64,000 nucleotides of DNA, taken from Nostoc sp. DedSLP01. GTDB taxonomy: Bacteria > Cyanobacteriota > Cyanobacteriia > Cyanobacteriales > Nostocaceae. The notes beneath the pieces are model-generated. The model was given only the letters and a program-made list of their open reading frames with translations. It was not told the DNA's origin and did not search any database. Position 1 is the first letter of the stretch. Each line of letters opens with the position of its first letter. Location: NCBI GenBank assembly GCA_034530875.2, contig JAVRCJ020000029.1:1-64000 (forward strand), read 5' to 3'. Of the stretch, positions 28,339-39,700 are shown piece after piece. Both the position numbers and the translations under genes were made by a program.

Positions 28339-31300
28339 TTATTCTTCTGTCACAACTGCTCCCAAAGCTTTCAAAGAGGATTTTTGAGCTTCTGTTACGC
28401 CTGTAATAGCAGTGATGTTTATACCTTCGTAAGGTCTTTCATTCCTCAAAGTTTTTAGGCACTCACTAGTTTTTATATCCCAAAGCTTAATAGTGTCATC
28501 TTGACTACCACTAGCCAGGATTTCACCAAGGGGACTAAAGGCTACTGACCAAACTAATTCTGTATGCCCTTCCAAAGTTTTGAGACATCGACCAGTGTTG
28601 ATATTCCACAGTTTTACACTTTGGTCATCGCTACCGCTTGCAAGTATGCGACCATCTGGACTAAAAGCAGTTGAGTATATAGAACCGATATGTCCCTTGA
28701 GAGTTTGAATGCATTGCCCAGTGCTGACATCCCACAACTTCACTGTTTGGTCGCTACTGCCACTGGCTAGTAAGCGACCATCAGGACTAAAGGCAATTGA
28801 CCAGATCAAATCATGTTCCTTGAGAGTTTGAACGCATTGCCCGGTGCTGACATCCCACAATCTCACTGTTTGGTCGTGGCTACCGCTAGCTACAATTTGA
28901 CCATTTGGGCTAAAGGCGACAGACCATATTCTATCTATATGTCCCTCCAATATCTGAATGCAGTGCCCAGCATTAACATCCCACAGCCTCACTGTTTGGT
29001 CGTCGCTACAAGTGGCAAGGATATCACAGTTTGGGGACAGAGCAAGTGATGTCAGCCAATTACTATGCCCTTGCAAAGTTTTAAGACATTCCCCAGTTTT
29101 AATATTCCACAACTTCGCAGTTTGATCCTCACTGCCACTAGCAAGGATAAGATCGTTGGAACTCAAGGCCACCGAGGTGACTCGATTGCTGTGTCCTCGG
29201 AGAGTTTTGATATACTGACCGCTAAGGATGTCCCAAAGCTTTACAGTTTGATTCCCACTTCCACTTACAAGCATATTACCATCAGAACTGAAGCAAACTG
29301 ACCATATTCCATTACAATATCCCTCCAAGGACTTAATACATTTACCTGTGCTGATATCCCACAGCCTAACCGTTTGGTCATCGCTCCCACTTGCCAGTAT
29401 CCAACTATTTTGATTCAAGGCAACCGACCACACCCTGCTCTTATGTCCCTGTAAGGTTTTGATGCACTCACCAGTACTGACATCCCATAACTTCACTGTT
29501 TTGTCATCACTTCCACTTGCCAGTGTATGACCGTCTAAACTGAAAATAACTGAATTTATACAGTCTGTATGCCCGTGTAAAGTGTTGAGGCATTGACCAG
29601 TGGCAATATCCCACAACTTTACCGTTTGGTCATGACAGCCACTAGCTAAAGTTTGGCCGTCTGAGCTGAAGGTAACTGACCAGATTCCACTGGTATGCCC
29701 GTGTAACGTATTGAGGCATCGATCGCTGGCAATATCCCACAACTTCACCGTTTGGTCGTGACAGCCACTAGCTAAAGTTTGGCTATCTGGGCTGAAGGTA
29801 ACTGATGAGATTCGACTATTATGCCCGTGCAAAGTTTTGATGCATTGACCAGTGCTGATATCCCATAACTTTACTGTTTGGTCTTCACTACCAGTGGCAA
29901 GTATGCGATCTTCACGATTAAAAGCAACCGACCAAATCCCACCGGAATGCCCGTATAAACTTGTTAGGCATTGACCAGTGTTAGTATCCCATAATTTTAC
30001 TGTTTGGTCTTCACTACCGCTGGCAAGTATGTGACCTTTATGACTAAAGGCAACTGACCAGATCCAACCTTTGTGTCCGTTGCAGGAGAGCAATTGTTTC
30101 CCACTTACAACCTGGTACAGACGAATTTCATTATTAGTGTCACCCGTAGCTAATAATTGTCCATCTGGGCTGAATGCTACGGAATGAATTCCTCCTAGTG
30201 TTTCAGCAAAAACACACTTAGCTAAATCGGCGCGAGCAAAATTTACATTATGCAAATTCATACTTCGCATATCTGCTTGCCAAACAGTCAGATAAGAAAA
30301 ATCATAGCCACTTAAATCTGTTTCTAAATAACAAAGCAAATTGAGAATATTGCCAGCCGTATATCCTGGTTCTAACGGCGACGTCTGTCGGAGTTTTGTT
30401 AAAATTTGAGTTAATTGATTTTCAATGTTTTTTTTACTTCTTGAAACATTAAGCAACCCATCTATAACTGGTTTAACGATCAGGCGGATTTGAGTATCTT
30501 TAACATAATATTTACCTGTCGCCTTCATGACAGCATGACGCCTGAATAAATCGATATTTTCAGTTACAATCTCTTCACAAACTTTTTCTATCAAGTTAGT
30601 AGTCACATATTCCATGACCACAGGCTGGAGCGTAAACAGCGATCCAGTTTTTTGACTGGGGGTAGGCGTAGCCTTTTCGATTAGAGATCGCCTCCCTAGC
30701 GATTCTATCGCCTCTAGGAATTTGGCTTGTGGCACTGGCGATACAATATCTTCTCGCAATTCTTTTAGTGTAATTGGCTCGCGATTAATCGCGAGCCAGT
30801 ACATTATGTCCTTTTCTAAATCTGACAAACGCTCAAACTGCTGCTCTAAAACATCACGAATGTCGCCAAAAACAGCCGTGTCTTGTTGTAAAAATTCACT
30901 CACATTACCATCAAAAATATCTTGAATGGTAGTGGCAACTATCTTCAATGCTAATGGATTGCCTGCATAGCGTTCGATCGTGGCTTGCAATTCATCTTCT
31001 ACCGCAGACAAACCTTTGAGTTTTAAGATTTCTTGCGCTTCTAGTGCTTTTAAACCACTTAGTGATAAAGAGCGAACAGGTAGCGCTTCTCCTTCTAGCA
31101 GTGCTATTTCTTTAGGTTTTTCCCTACTAGTAAGCAGTAAGCAACTTTGGTGAGTTGTTTCTCCTACCCGCCTTAAAAGTTCGCCATATTCTTCATATCC
31201 TTGGCGATAAATTCCGGCGCGGCTACCACTGCGGAGAATTGATTCTGCATTATCAAGTATTAATAAGCAACGATTATTTTGTAAATAATCGAGTAGCCGC

Positions 31301-31884
31301 GATACGCGATCGCTAAAACTGTCTGGTAAATTACCTTCTGTTTCTCGTTCGTCAGAGAGAAATTGAATTAAGTTACCGAGAATAATTTTAACAGGCGGGG
31401 CTTCTCGTAGCGATCGCCAGATTACATACTCAAAGTTCTCCTGAATCTGTTGAGCAAACTTTACAGACAGTGCGGTTTTCCCAATACCTCCTATTCCCAA
31501 TACTGTTATTAATCGGCACTGTTCCTCAAGAATCCATTGTTCTAACGCAATCAGTTCTTCTGCACGTCCATAAAAAACTGATGTAAAGATAGCTTCTCCC
31601 CAATCGACACGATTAATTGAGCTTGAATAATCACTTTTATCTATTTTTAACGAAAAAGCTGAAAACAGCTTCTCGATAGTCTGTTTATCAACCCCTCCTT
31701 CACGATTCAATACTTTCGAGATCGTAGCGGAATATAATCCCGAACGTGCGCTCATTTCTTCGAGAGTATATCTGTTTCCAAAATTTTCTTTTGCTTCGGA
31801 CTGATGCTTTGCTTCCTTGATTTTCTGCAAACCCTTGGTAGTCAGTGCAACGCCACGCTTGCGTCTCCAATTCTGTAAAGTCAT
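28339..31884 (-). CDS. HTH + NB-ARC + pentapeptide + about 14 WD40 STAND protein
   Basis: [23 protein letters not shown]; 42-aa [13 protein letters not shown] repeats. Confidence 0.94.
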   Translation of the reverse strand: MTLQNWRRKRGVALTTKGLQKIKEAKHQSEAKENFGNRYTLEEMSARSGLYSATISKVLNREGGVDKQTIEKLFSAFSLKIDKSDYSSSINRVDWGEAIFTSVFYGRAEELIALEQWILEEQCRLITVLGIGGIGKTALSVKFAQQIQENFEYVIWRSLREAPPVKIILGNLIQFLSDERETEGNLPDSFSDRVSRLLDYLQNNRCLLILDNAESILRSGSRAGIYRQGYEEYGELLRRVGETTHQSCLLLTSREKPKEIALLEGEALPVRSLSLSGLKALEAQEILKLKGLSAVEDELQATIERYAGNPLALKIVATTIQDIFDGNVSEFLQQDTAVFGDIRDVLEQQFERLSDLEKDIMYWLAINREPITLKELREDIVSPVPQAKFLEAIESLGRRSLIEKATPTPSQKTGSLFTLQPVVMEYVTTNLIEKVCEEIVTENIDLFRRHAVMKATGKYYVKDTQIRLIVKPVIDGLLNVSRSKKNIENQLTQILTKLRQTSPLEPGYTAGNILNLLCYLETDLSGYDFSYLTVWQADMRSMNLHNVNFARADLAKCVFAETLGGIHSVAFSPDGQLLATGDTNNEIRLYQVVSGKQLLSCNGHKGWIWSVAFSHKGHILASGSEDQTVKLWDTNTGQCLTSLYGHSGGIWSVAFNREDRILATGSEDQTVKLWDISTGQCIKTLHGHNSRISSVTFSPDSQTLASGCHDQTVKLWDIASDRCLNTLHGHTSGIWSVTFSSDGQTLASGCHDQTVKLWDIATGQCLNTLHGHTDCINSVIFSLDGHTLASGSDDKTVKLWDVSTGECIKTLQGHKSRVWSVALNQNSWILASGSDDQTVRLWDISTGKCIKSLEGYCNGIWSVCFSSDGNMLVSGSGNQTVKLWDILSGQYIKTLRGHSNRVTSVALSSNDLILASGSEDQTAKLWNIKTGECLKTLQGHSNWLTSLALSPNCDILATCSDDQTVRLWDVNAGHCIQILEGHIDRIWSVAFSPNGQIVASGSHDQTVRLWDVSTGQCVQTLKEHDLIWSIAFSPDGRLLASGSSDQTVKLWDVSTGQCIQTLKGHIGSIYSTAFSPDGRILASGSDDQSVKLWNINTGRCLKTLEGHTELVWSVAFSPLGEILASGSQDDTIKLWDIKTSECLKTLRNERPYEGINITAITGVTEAQKSSLKALGAVVTEE

Positions 31885-32284
31885 GTATTAACTCACCGTT
31901 TGCATAATCGCCTGTGACTACAAAGAATTATCTATCAGGTTGCTGTAGATATGCAGTGATACTTATAACAAAGGAATAATCTTATGTTACAGAAGATTCA
32001 CAAAAACTGTAAAGCCAAAATCTTCAACGCTCAAAGCTTACATTGGGAAATTCAATGGTTTCTATAAGTCAACAGCCTTTATGCTCAATAGACAATCTAA
32101 TACACCAGTTTTCATTTACATAAAGTACAAAGTTACGGGTTTTGAGGCAGGAGGCAGAAGGTAAAAACCAGTTGACCAGAGGATTTTAAAGATTGACATT
32201 TTACATTTAATTATGTCTACCTACTTAATACTCAGTTAAAGTTCAAGGTATTTGCAGTAGATGCTTTTTTGCGCTAACAACAAA

Positions 32285-32644
32285 TTAAGCGAACTCAACA
32301 TACTCAACAATTGTGCCATCAGGATGCATGGCTCGCATATTAGCTCCAGTGGGGACTTTGTTTGGTTCCGTGAGAATGACTGCGCCTTGCTGAGTCAGTG
32401 CTTCTCGAAAATCATTGAGTGAGTCAACGAGAAATGTAGCGTGTGTATTTTTAAATGGAGAGAGTGCTTCGGCTGAACCGGCAATCAAAAGAATAGAACC
32501 AACACCAGCCAGTTCTAACTCAGTGTCGGAATATTGAAACCACAACCAGCATTTTTCTGTAAAGAGGTTTTCATAGAAAGCGATCGCCTCATCCAAGTCT
32601 ATAGGACTAAGATAGACTCTAGTTAGTACTTTAAGAATTTGCAT
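32285..32644 (-). CDS. VOC / glyoxalase family protein
   Basis: AIAFYE..F, VPTG, HPDGTIVEYVE. Confidence 0.85.
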   Translation of the reverse strand: MQILKVLTRVYLSPIDLDEAIAFYENLFTEKCWLWFQYSDTELELAGVGSILLIAGSAEALSPFKNTHATFLVDSLNDFREALTQQGAVILTEPNKVPTGANMRAMHPDGTIVEYVEFA

Positions 32645-33124
32645 TGCAACCTATTAGGCAGCTATTGTATTCGAGCGTGCTACAGAATTCGGGTATTTTC
32701 CACCCAAATGACTACCTTGGAAACCTGTCCAACGCAGTGGCCATTTTCAGTGCTGAATTGTTACTTTTGAAAAAGGGCTTCAATGTTTTTACCTAGCTCA
32801 AAATAAGTTAATCGCGCTCACTCAAAATGCATTTCATTTCTACACCTTTTGCCCCACTTCAGTCATCTGTATAGTTATTACGAATATATATACCTAATTA
32901 AGTATCAGTACTTAATTGCAGTAGCGATCGCGATCGTCTGCCCAATACTTCGGCATCAACCTTGATGATACAGAAATCAAAGCGTCAGTAATTATAACTA
33001 AAAATTAAATATTGTGTTACTGGTAAATGTAGCTGACTTTTACATAGCAGTATAAACATGTTTAAGTGGCATACAAAATTTTCGATTTTGTAGTCTACAA
33101 TTATTAGCTATTTTAAATTACCTA

Positions 33125-33994
33125 CTAATTGATTTTAGATTCTGGATTTTTTAATATCTTAATAAATTTATTTAAAATTGTTTTATATTTGTCTCCAGCT
33201 ACAGCTAACAAATCATTATGACTAGCCCGATCGACCCAGAAAGAAAGTTTTGGCGATGATGCAGCAGCGAATAACTTTTCTCCATGAGAGAATGGAATTA
33301 CTTCATCAGATTTACCATGTACTACTAATATAGGACAGTTAACATTTTTAATTTTGTCAATATTAGAGAATTTATCAAAAGGTAAAATCCGAAACGGTAC
33401 TATAACTTGAAACGCGGAAATAAAAGTGCTTTCAATAATTAAACCTGCTACTGGTTTTTTAGCTGCTAAATTTACAGCGGAACCACCGCCAACAGAACGC
33501 CCCCAAACTATAATTTTTTTTGGTGATATTTTTAAGTGTTGTGTCAAGTAGTTGTAGGCAGTATCAATATCCTGATAAGCATTGTTTTCTGTTGGCGTAC
33601 CTTCGCTTGTGCCATAACCACGATAGTCATAAGAGAAAACACTAAAACCCCAAGCATATAATTGCTCTAGAGTTTGTTTGATATTACCTAAATCTTCGGC
33701 ATTTCCGTGAGCGTAAAGAATAGTATATTCAGCTTGGGAGTTCAACAAATATGTAGCTGAAATTTTTGTATTATTATCGCTTGCTAATTTAAGAATTTTT
33801 TGATTGTCTTGATAACTAGATGGTTGGGGCAGGAAAATCATACTGTCTGCTCGAAAATAGACAAATCCCGCAAAAAATATATAAAGAAAAAGGCAAGATT
33901 TAATCAATCTCTGCCAACTCAAATCGCCGATTATTATTTTGAGCAATTGTTTTTTATCTATATTTATTTTTTGGTTAGACATGTGTGTTAGCAA
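33125..33994 (-). CDS. Alpha/beta hydrolase (ABHD17-like)
   Basis: HGNAED, DYRGYG, GRSVG, HG..DE, HND. Confidence 0.92.
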   Translation of the reverse strand: MLTHMSNQKINIDKKQLLKIIIGDLSWQRLIKSCLFLYIFFAGFVYFRADSMIFLPQPSSYQDNQKILKLASDNNTKISATYLLNSQAEYTILYAHGNAEDLGNIKQTLEQLYAWGFSVFSYDYRGYGTSEGTPTENNAYQDIDTAYNYLTQHLKISPKKIIVWGRSVGGGSAVNLAAKKPVAGLIIESTFISAFQVIVPFRILPFDKFSNIDKIKNVNCPILVVHGKSDEVIPFSHGEKLFAAASSPKLSFWVDRASHNDLLAVAGDKYKTILNKFIKILKNPESKIN

Positions 33995-34293
33995 CTATGA
34001 AATAGCTGAATATAGAGAAATATTCGATTTTGGAACTTACTTGCTACCGACAGGGAGGAGTTACGGCGGTCTTGGAAAGACAAGACCCCCAAGAGGTAAT
34101 AACTTATTTACATCTTTCCCAATTGTTGAGTCAGGTTAACAGATGTGGTATGGAGTAGCGACTGAGGCAAGCTAGACCATCGCAGTGAATACGAAGCATG
34201 AGAATATTTTGGCGATCGCTCATACTTGCAACATAAAACTTAAAATATGTTTATTATCCTTTAAAATCATTTGCAGAGATTTAGGTACGATAT

Positions 34294-34695
34294 ATGGCTG
34301 ATATTGTTGATATTGCAGTTAGTGACGACTCTTTCAAAACGTTAGTAGCAGCTGTAAAAGCTGCTGGTTTAGTAGAAACATTAAAAAGCCCCGGCCCCTT
34401 CACCGTCTTTGCCCCAACTGACGATGCTTTTGCCAAGTTACCACCCGGAACCATTCAAACTCTGTTGCAAAATATTCCGCAGCTAACGCGAATTTTAAAA
34501 TATCATGTCGTTTCCGGCAAGCTGTTACAGAATGATTTAGCAGAACTCGGTACCGTGAATTCTGTGGAAGGTTCGCCTATTAAAATTAGTTCTGCTGATG
34601 CTTTTGAAGTTAAAAATGCCACAGTTTTGGCAGCAAATATCGAAGCTGATAATGGTGTAATTCACGTTATCGATACAGTGATTTTGCCTGGTTAA
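34294..34695 (+). CDS. Fasciclin (FAS1) domain protein
   Basis: [23 protein letters not shown]. Confidence 0.95.
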   Translation: MADIVDIAVSDDSFKTLVAAVKAAGLVETLKSPGPFTVFAPTDDAFAKLPPGTIQTLLQNIPQLTRILKYHVVSGKLLQNDLAELGTVNSVEGSPIKISSADAFEVKNATVLAANIEADNGVIHVIDTVILPG

Positions 34696-35016
34696 TTCAG
34701 TCAGGGTGGGCGTTTTCCACCCTACTTACGCCAAATTTTGAGTATTCATTAGTATTTATTATTGATAGTATCAAAACTGAATTTAATTATTTAATTTATG
34801 TTAAATTTTCAATTTTATTACTCTCGATATATGCTAAGGTAAATTGAGTTATTTAGAAATAGATTACATTAATTTACAGGTTATATCAAAACTATCAGGC
34901 CTAAAAAGTCGCCTTTTAAGGCGAAAAGTTTTTGGAATGGCGTATAAATAAATCCTCGTTACAAAAACGGCCTCCTGCCTTCGTAAAAGGTTTCTAACAT
35001 TATCCCCAGGATCTTA

Positions 35017-35352
35017 ATGTTCGATTTCAACAGCTTAACTGAATTCTCTCGCAACAACTGCGTAGCTATTTGTACATTTCTTGTACCAGCAAATTTGCTG
35101 TTTACAATTTTGACAATGGTTCTAACAGCATTACGTCGCCCATCGCATCAAATCTGGCAATCAGCTGCGATCGCTAGTTTTTTCGCTTCCGTGATGATTT
35201 TGCACGTATATACTTGGTTTATGATTGGCGTGGTGATGGCTCCCACTTATATCTTGATGTCATTAGCAATTAGCTGTTTGCTGACTAATTCCGCAGCAAT
35301 TCTCGTTCACAGACGCTACGCTCACACTCCAAATCTTTCCAACAACGCCTGA
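35017..35352 (+). CDS. Small membrane protein
   Basis: Three hydrophobic segments. Confidence 0.75.
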   Translation: MFDFNSLTEFSRNNCVAICTFLVPANLLFTILTMVLTALRRPSHQIWQSAAIASFFASVMILHVYTWFMIGVVMAPTYILMSLAISCLLTNSAAILVHRRYAHTPNLSNNA

Positions 35353-35415
35353 TACTTTATCGTCATTTGTCGTTTGTGAATAAAATAATAACCAATGACC
35401 AATGACTAATGACTA

Positions 35416-35832
35416 ATGACTAAAGCAATTGTTTGGGTGCATGGAGACTGCCTTAGTCCCTACAATCCTGCGTTACAAGAATACCCAGATGCGATCGCCA
35501 TCTGGGTTTGGGATGAGGCTTTAATAGAAGAATGGCAATTGAGCCTCAAACGCTTGACGTTTATTTATGAGTGTTTGCTAGAGTTACCTGTTGTCATTCG
35601 GCGTGGGGATGTAGCGCAAGAAGTTCTAGCTTTTGCCAAGGAACAGAAAGCAGATTTAGTAGTGACAACAGACAGTCCCAGTCCCCGGTTTGATGATATC
35701 TGCAATCAAATTGAGCGTTCCATAAAACTCGAAGTGCTAGAGGTGGAACCATTTTTTGATTATGATGGCTATATCGATCTAAAGCGGTTTTCCAGATATT
35801 GGAAAGTGGCTCAAAATTACGTTTTTGAGTAA
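35416..35832 (+). CDS. Stand-alone photolyase N-terminal-like protein
   Basis: WVHGDCL, KRLTFIYECL, FSRYW. Confidence 0.7.
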   Translation: MTKAIVWVHGDCLSPYNPALQEYPDAIAIWVWDEALIEEWQLSLKRLTFIYECLLELPVVIRRGDVAQEVLAFAKEQKADLVVTTDSPSPRFDDICNQIERSIKLEVLEVEPFFDYDGYIDLKRFSRYWKVAQNYVFE

Positions 35833-35847
35833 GTCACGCAAGTTTAA

Positions 35848-35923
35848 TATCATGTCTGGCTAAAGACTTCTCATTAAGACCGACGCGGGGAGTTTTTTTG
35901 CTCGTTCGTTAGGCGGACATAAT
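35848..35923. mobile_element. Small MITE-like element
   Basis: Imperfect TIRs TATCATGTCTGGCTAA / TTAGGCGGACATAATA. Confidence 0.6.
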
Positions 35924-36085
35924 ATAACTCGCCCCACGGCTGCGAAAACATCACTTATCTAATGACACGCTTTGCTAAGGCTCGTTTTCTTTAATTGCCG
36001 TGGGATTTCGAGTCAAAAACTAAATACACAAACTATTCTAATTCTCAATTCTGACTCCTGAATTCTTAATTCTGACTTTGATTGA

Positions 36086-36382
36086 TTATTCTTGTGTTTT
36101 TGCTGGTTGAGCATCTTCAACAGAACTGGCAATTGCAAACTCCGCAGATGGGGTAGTTGAATCTAATTGGGGGCGATCGAGGGATGCTTCGATTGTGGGA
36201 TCGTTGAAATAGGAACCAACAATCTGGTCGTAGTTAGAAGCAACAGCTAAAAATGCCCCACCTAAAATATAGATAGGCAATGGCAAGTTAAATTTTTGCA
36301 ACCAGTCAAAAAATTCTGCCAAGGCAAACAGTACGAAAAAGCAGGCAAGCCAAACTCTCATTTTTTCATCTCTTGGATTCAA
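36086..36382 (-). CDS. Small membrane protein
   Basis: Two TM segments; GAFLAVASN. Confidence 0.75.
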   Translation of the reverse strand: MNPRDEKMRVWLACFFVLFALAEFFDWLQKFNLPLPIYILGGAFLAVASNYDQIVGSYFNDPTIEASLDRPQLDSTTPSAEFAIASSVEDAQPAKTQE

Positions 36383-36747
36383 ATAACTCTATTATTAGCC
36401 CAAATAGCCTGCACCAAGCTTAATGTATTAGACTATAACTGTCCCAGAATCTCTACAATCCAGATAGAGGCAGTAAAAATTATACAAAAATCAAATTAGT
36501 TTGGTGCAAAATTAAGCTATTTTTGAGGCAAGAAGCAAAAAATAGTAGGGTATTTATACTTTCCTGATTGATTTGGCAATTTTCCATTCGCTGCCTCTGC
36601 TATAAATATAAAAATATATTTAAGATTATATTTTCACGCTGAAAACTGACAACGACGCTAGGAGTTTCGTTTCACAGTATAAACCTATGGGGAGAAGCTG
36701 GTGAGGCGTTTTTAGCCCAATACTTTCAAACATGAGGAGCAGAAACT

Positions 36748-39700
36748 GTGACTGCTGAAATTCAGGCAATTATCCCCGAAAATGTTGAAGAAATCTTAGC
36801 TCACCTCAGCGATGCTTTTTTCATCTTGGATCGTGAATGGCGCTATACGTATGTGAATGAAAAGCTAGTTCAACTAGCTCAGATGAAAAAAGAAGATTTC
36901 TTAGGTAAGAGGATTTGGGATTTATTTCCAAATACAGTTAATACCATACTCTACACTGAGTTGCATCGCGCTGTTGCCGAACAAATTAGAGTAAATTTTG
37001 AGTATTTAGACCCAACATGGCATTGTTGGTTAGAAAACCGGGTCTATCCTGAGGAAAATAGCGTATCAATATTAATTACAGATATTACTGAAGAAAAACG
37101 CAACCAACAGCTTTTATTGGCACACCATAAAGTTACCCAGATTCTAGCTGAGTCTACTAACTTTGCTAATGCTATTCCCCGGCTGATACAATCTTTGTGC
37201 GAAACTTTAGGATGGCAAGTCGGAATTTTCTGGAGTGTAGACCAAGAAAATAATGTTCTACATCGCCTCAGTAGTTGGCATTCATCGGATTTGAACGTAG
37301 AAAATTCTCGGGTATTTAACCAGCCTGCAACTCTTGCTCTGGGGGAAGGTTTAGCCGGTCAAGCTTGGGCAAACGGTCAACCTGTTTGGATTTGCAAACT
37401 CGATCGCGATGAGAATTTTTTTCCCGCCGCCATTGAATTGCCGATCGCCGTGGGTAATAAAATTTTAGGGGCGATGGAATTTTTCACCAACGAAATTTTA
37501 CTGCCTGACTTAGATTTACTCCAGAAGATGAGTGCGATCGCCACTCAAATCGGTCAGTTCATCGAACAGCAGCGAATTAAGTCATTATTGCAAGCAACAC
37601 AGGAAACATCTCGGCGAATTTTGGCAGGTGGTAATGTTGAAATTTTCCATCAAGATTTTGTCCTGGCGAACAATTTAACTGATGACTTCAACACCCAAGA
37701 GGTGATGGGTTTGCAGCAGTGTTTGACAGAACAGCAAACTGTACTGCGCCATCGACACCTCGTAGAAGAAAACCTGCGTTACAGCGAAGCACGCTACCAT
37801 TCTCTAGCACAAGCAAGCGCATCAATTATCTGGAGAACTGCACCTTGGGGTAATGTTGTTGACGAGATTCCTAATTGGCAGACATTTACCGGGCAAACTC
37901 TTGAAGAATACAAAGGCTGGGGTTGGGTGAATGCCCTGCACCCAGAAGATAGGACATCGGTAGTTGCAATCTGGAGACAGGCTTTTTATGGACGCAAAGT
38001 TGCATTTGCAGAATATCGCGTCCGACGTCATGATGGCGAATACCGTTACATGGCTATACGTAGCGTACCCATACTCAATGAAACAGAGGAAATCATCGAA
38101 TGGGTAGGAATGTGTGTAGATATTACCGAACGCAAGCAAGCAGAATCAGAACGCGAACAACTCCTGACGCTAATCAAAACAGAACAGAATCGCTTGTTAG
38201 AAGTTAACGTGCTGCTTGATACCATTTTTAATAACGCACCCATCGGGATTGGGGTATGGGATGAAAAATTAAGATACGTCCGCTTGAATCAGGCTTTAGC
38301 TGAAATCAACGGTCTGTCCCAAGAGGCACATATAGGTAAGACAGTTGCAGAATTGCTACCAGGAATCCATGCGGAAGTTACGGAAGCTTTCCGTCATGTT
38401 GTCGAAACTGGAGAATCTATTTCTCAAGAAACCAGCGGCGAAACGCCCGCTGCCCCTGGAAAGCAGCGATATTGGTCGGTAAATTACTATCCGATTCACC
38501 TACCCGGTAATATTACTTGGGTGGGCGCAATTTGTGAAGAAATTACCGAACGCAAGCAAGCAGAAGCCGAACGTGAGGAACTACTTCAGCGCGAATATCT
38601 AGCTCGCGTTGAAGCTGAGAACGCTAAAGAGCAAATTACTACAATTTTGCAGAGTATTGCTGATGGGTTTCTGGCCTTTGACACAGAGTGGCGCTTCACC
38701 TACCTCAATCATGAAGGAAGTAGAACTCTTGGGCGTTCCCGTGAAGATTTGCTGGGAAAAAATTTATGGCAAGAGTTTCCAGAATTGGCTGATACTAGTT
38801 TTGGTCAGCTTTATCAAAGTGCAGTTGCTTTGGGAGTGCCGCTGGAGTTAGAAGATTATTATCCGCCTTTTAATGCTTGGTTTGCCGTCCGCGCCTATCC
38901 TTCGTCCACAGGACTATCGCTATATTTCCGTAATATTAATGTCCGCAAAAGGGCAGAAGCAGCATTAACAGAGAGTGAAGCGCGTTTTCGGCTGTTGGCG
39001 GAGAATTCTACTGATATTATTTCACGTACTACAGTAGATGGAATTTTTCTCTATCTTTCACCAGCTTGTTACACAGTACTAGGGTATCAGCCAGAAGAAC
39101 TAGTGGGTCGTGATGGCGGCGAGTTAGTTCACCCAGAGGATTTGGCTGAAATTTCCCAGAATTACCCCATAAATGCTGACTTACCAGATATTTATACCAT
39201 TACTTATCGCACTTGTCACAAACACGGACATTATATCTGGCTAGAAACAACTGTGCGAGCGATTCGCGATCGCCAAACTCAAGAAATTTTAGAAATGCAA
39301 GCCTCTTCGCGGGATATTACCGAGCGCAAGCAAGTGGAAGATAAACAGCGCTTTTTGGCTGGGGCTAGCGAAATTTTGGCTGCATCGTTGGATTACGAAA
39401 CAACCTTGGCAACCTTGGCGCGTTTAGCAGTACCCACAATTGCCGATTGGTGCGTAGTCGATATGATTGGTGAGGATAAATCAATTCATCGAGTTGCAAT
39501 TGCCCATGCCGATCCCGCAAAACAAGAATTAATAGAACAGTTACAAAATTACCCGCCCGATTTATCGCAAACACAAGGTGTCGCTGAGGTTATACGTTCG
39601 GGCAAATCACTAATTATTAACTTTGTTTCTCAAGAACAGATCCAAGCCGTAACCTCAAATCCCATTCACCTGAAAATCTTACAACAGTTAAATCCTCAGT

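Noticed and set aside
34040..34200. GC-richer intergenic patch as a possible ncRNA
   Set aside because: No convincing stem, terminator or recognisable family.
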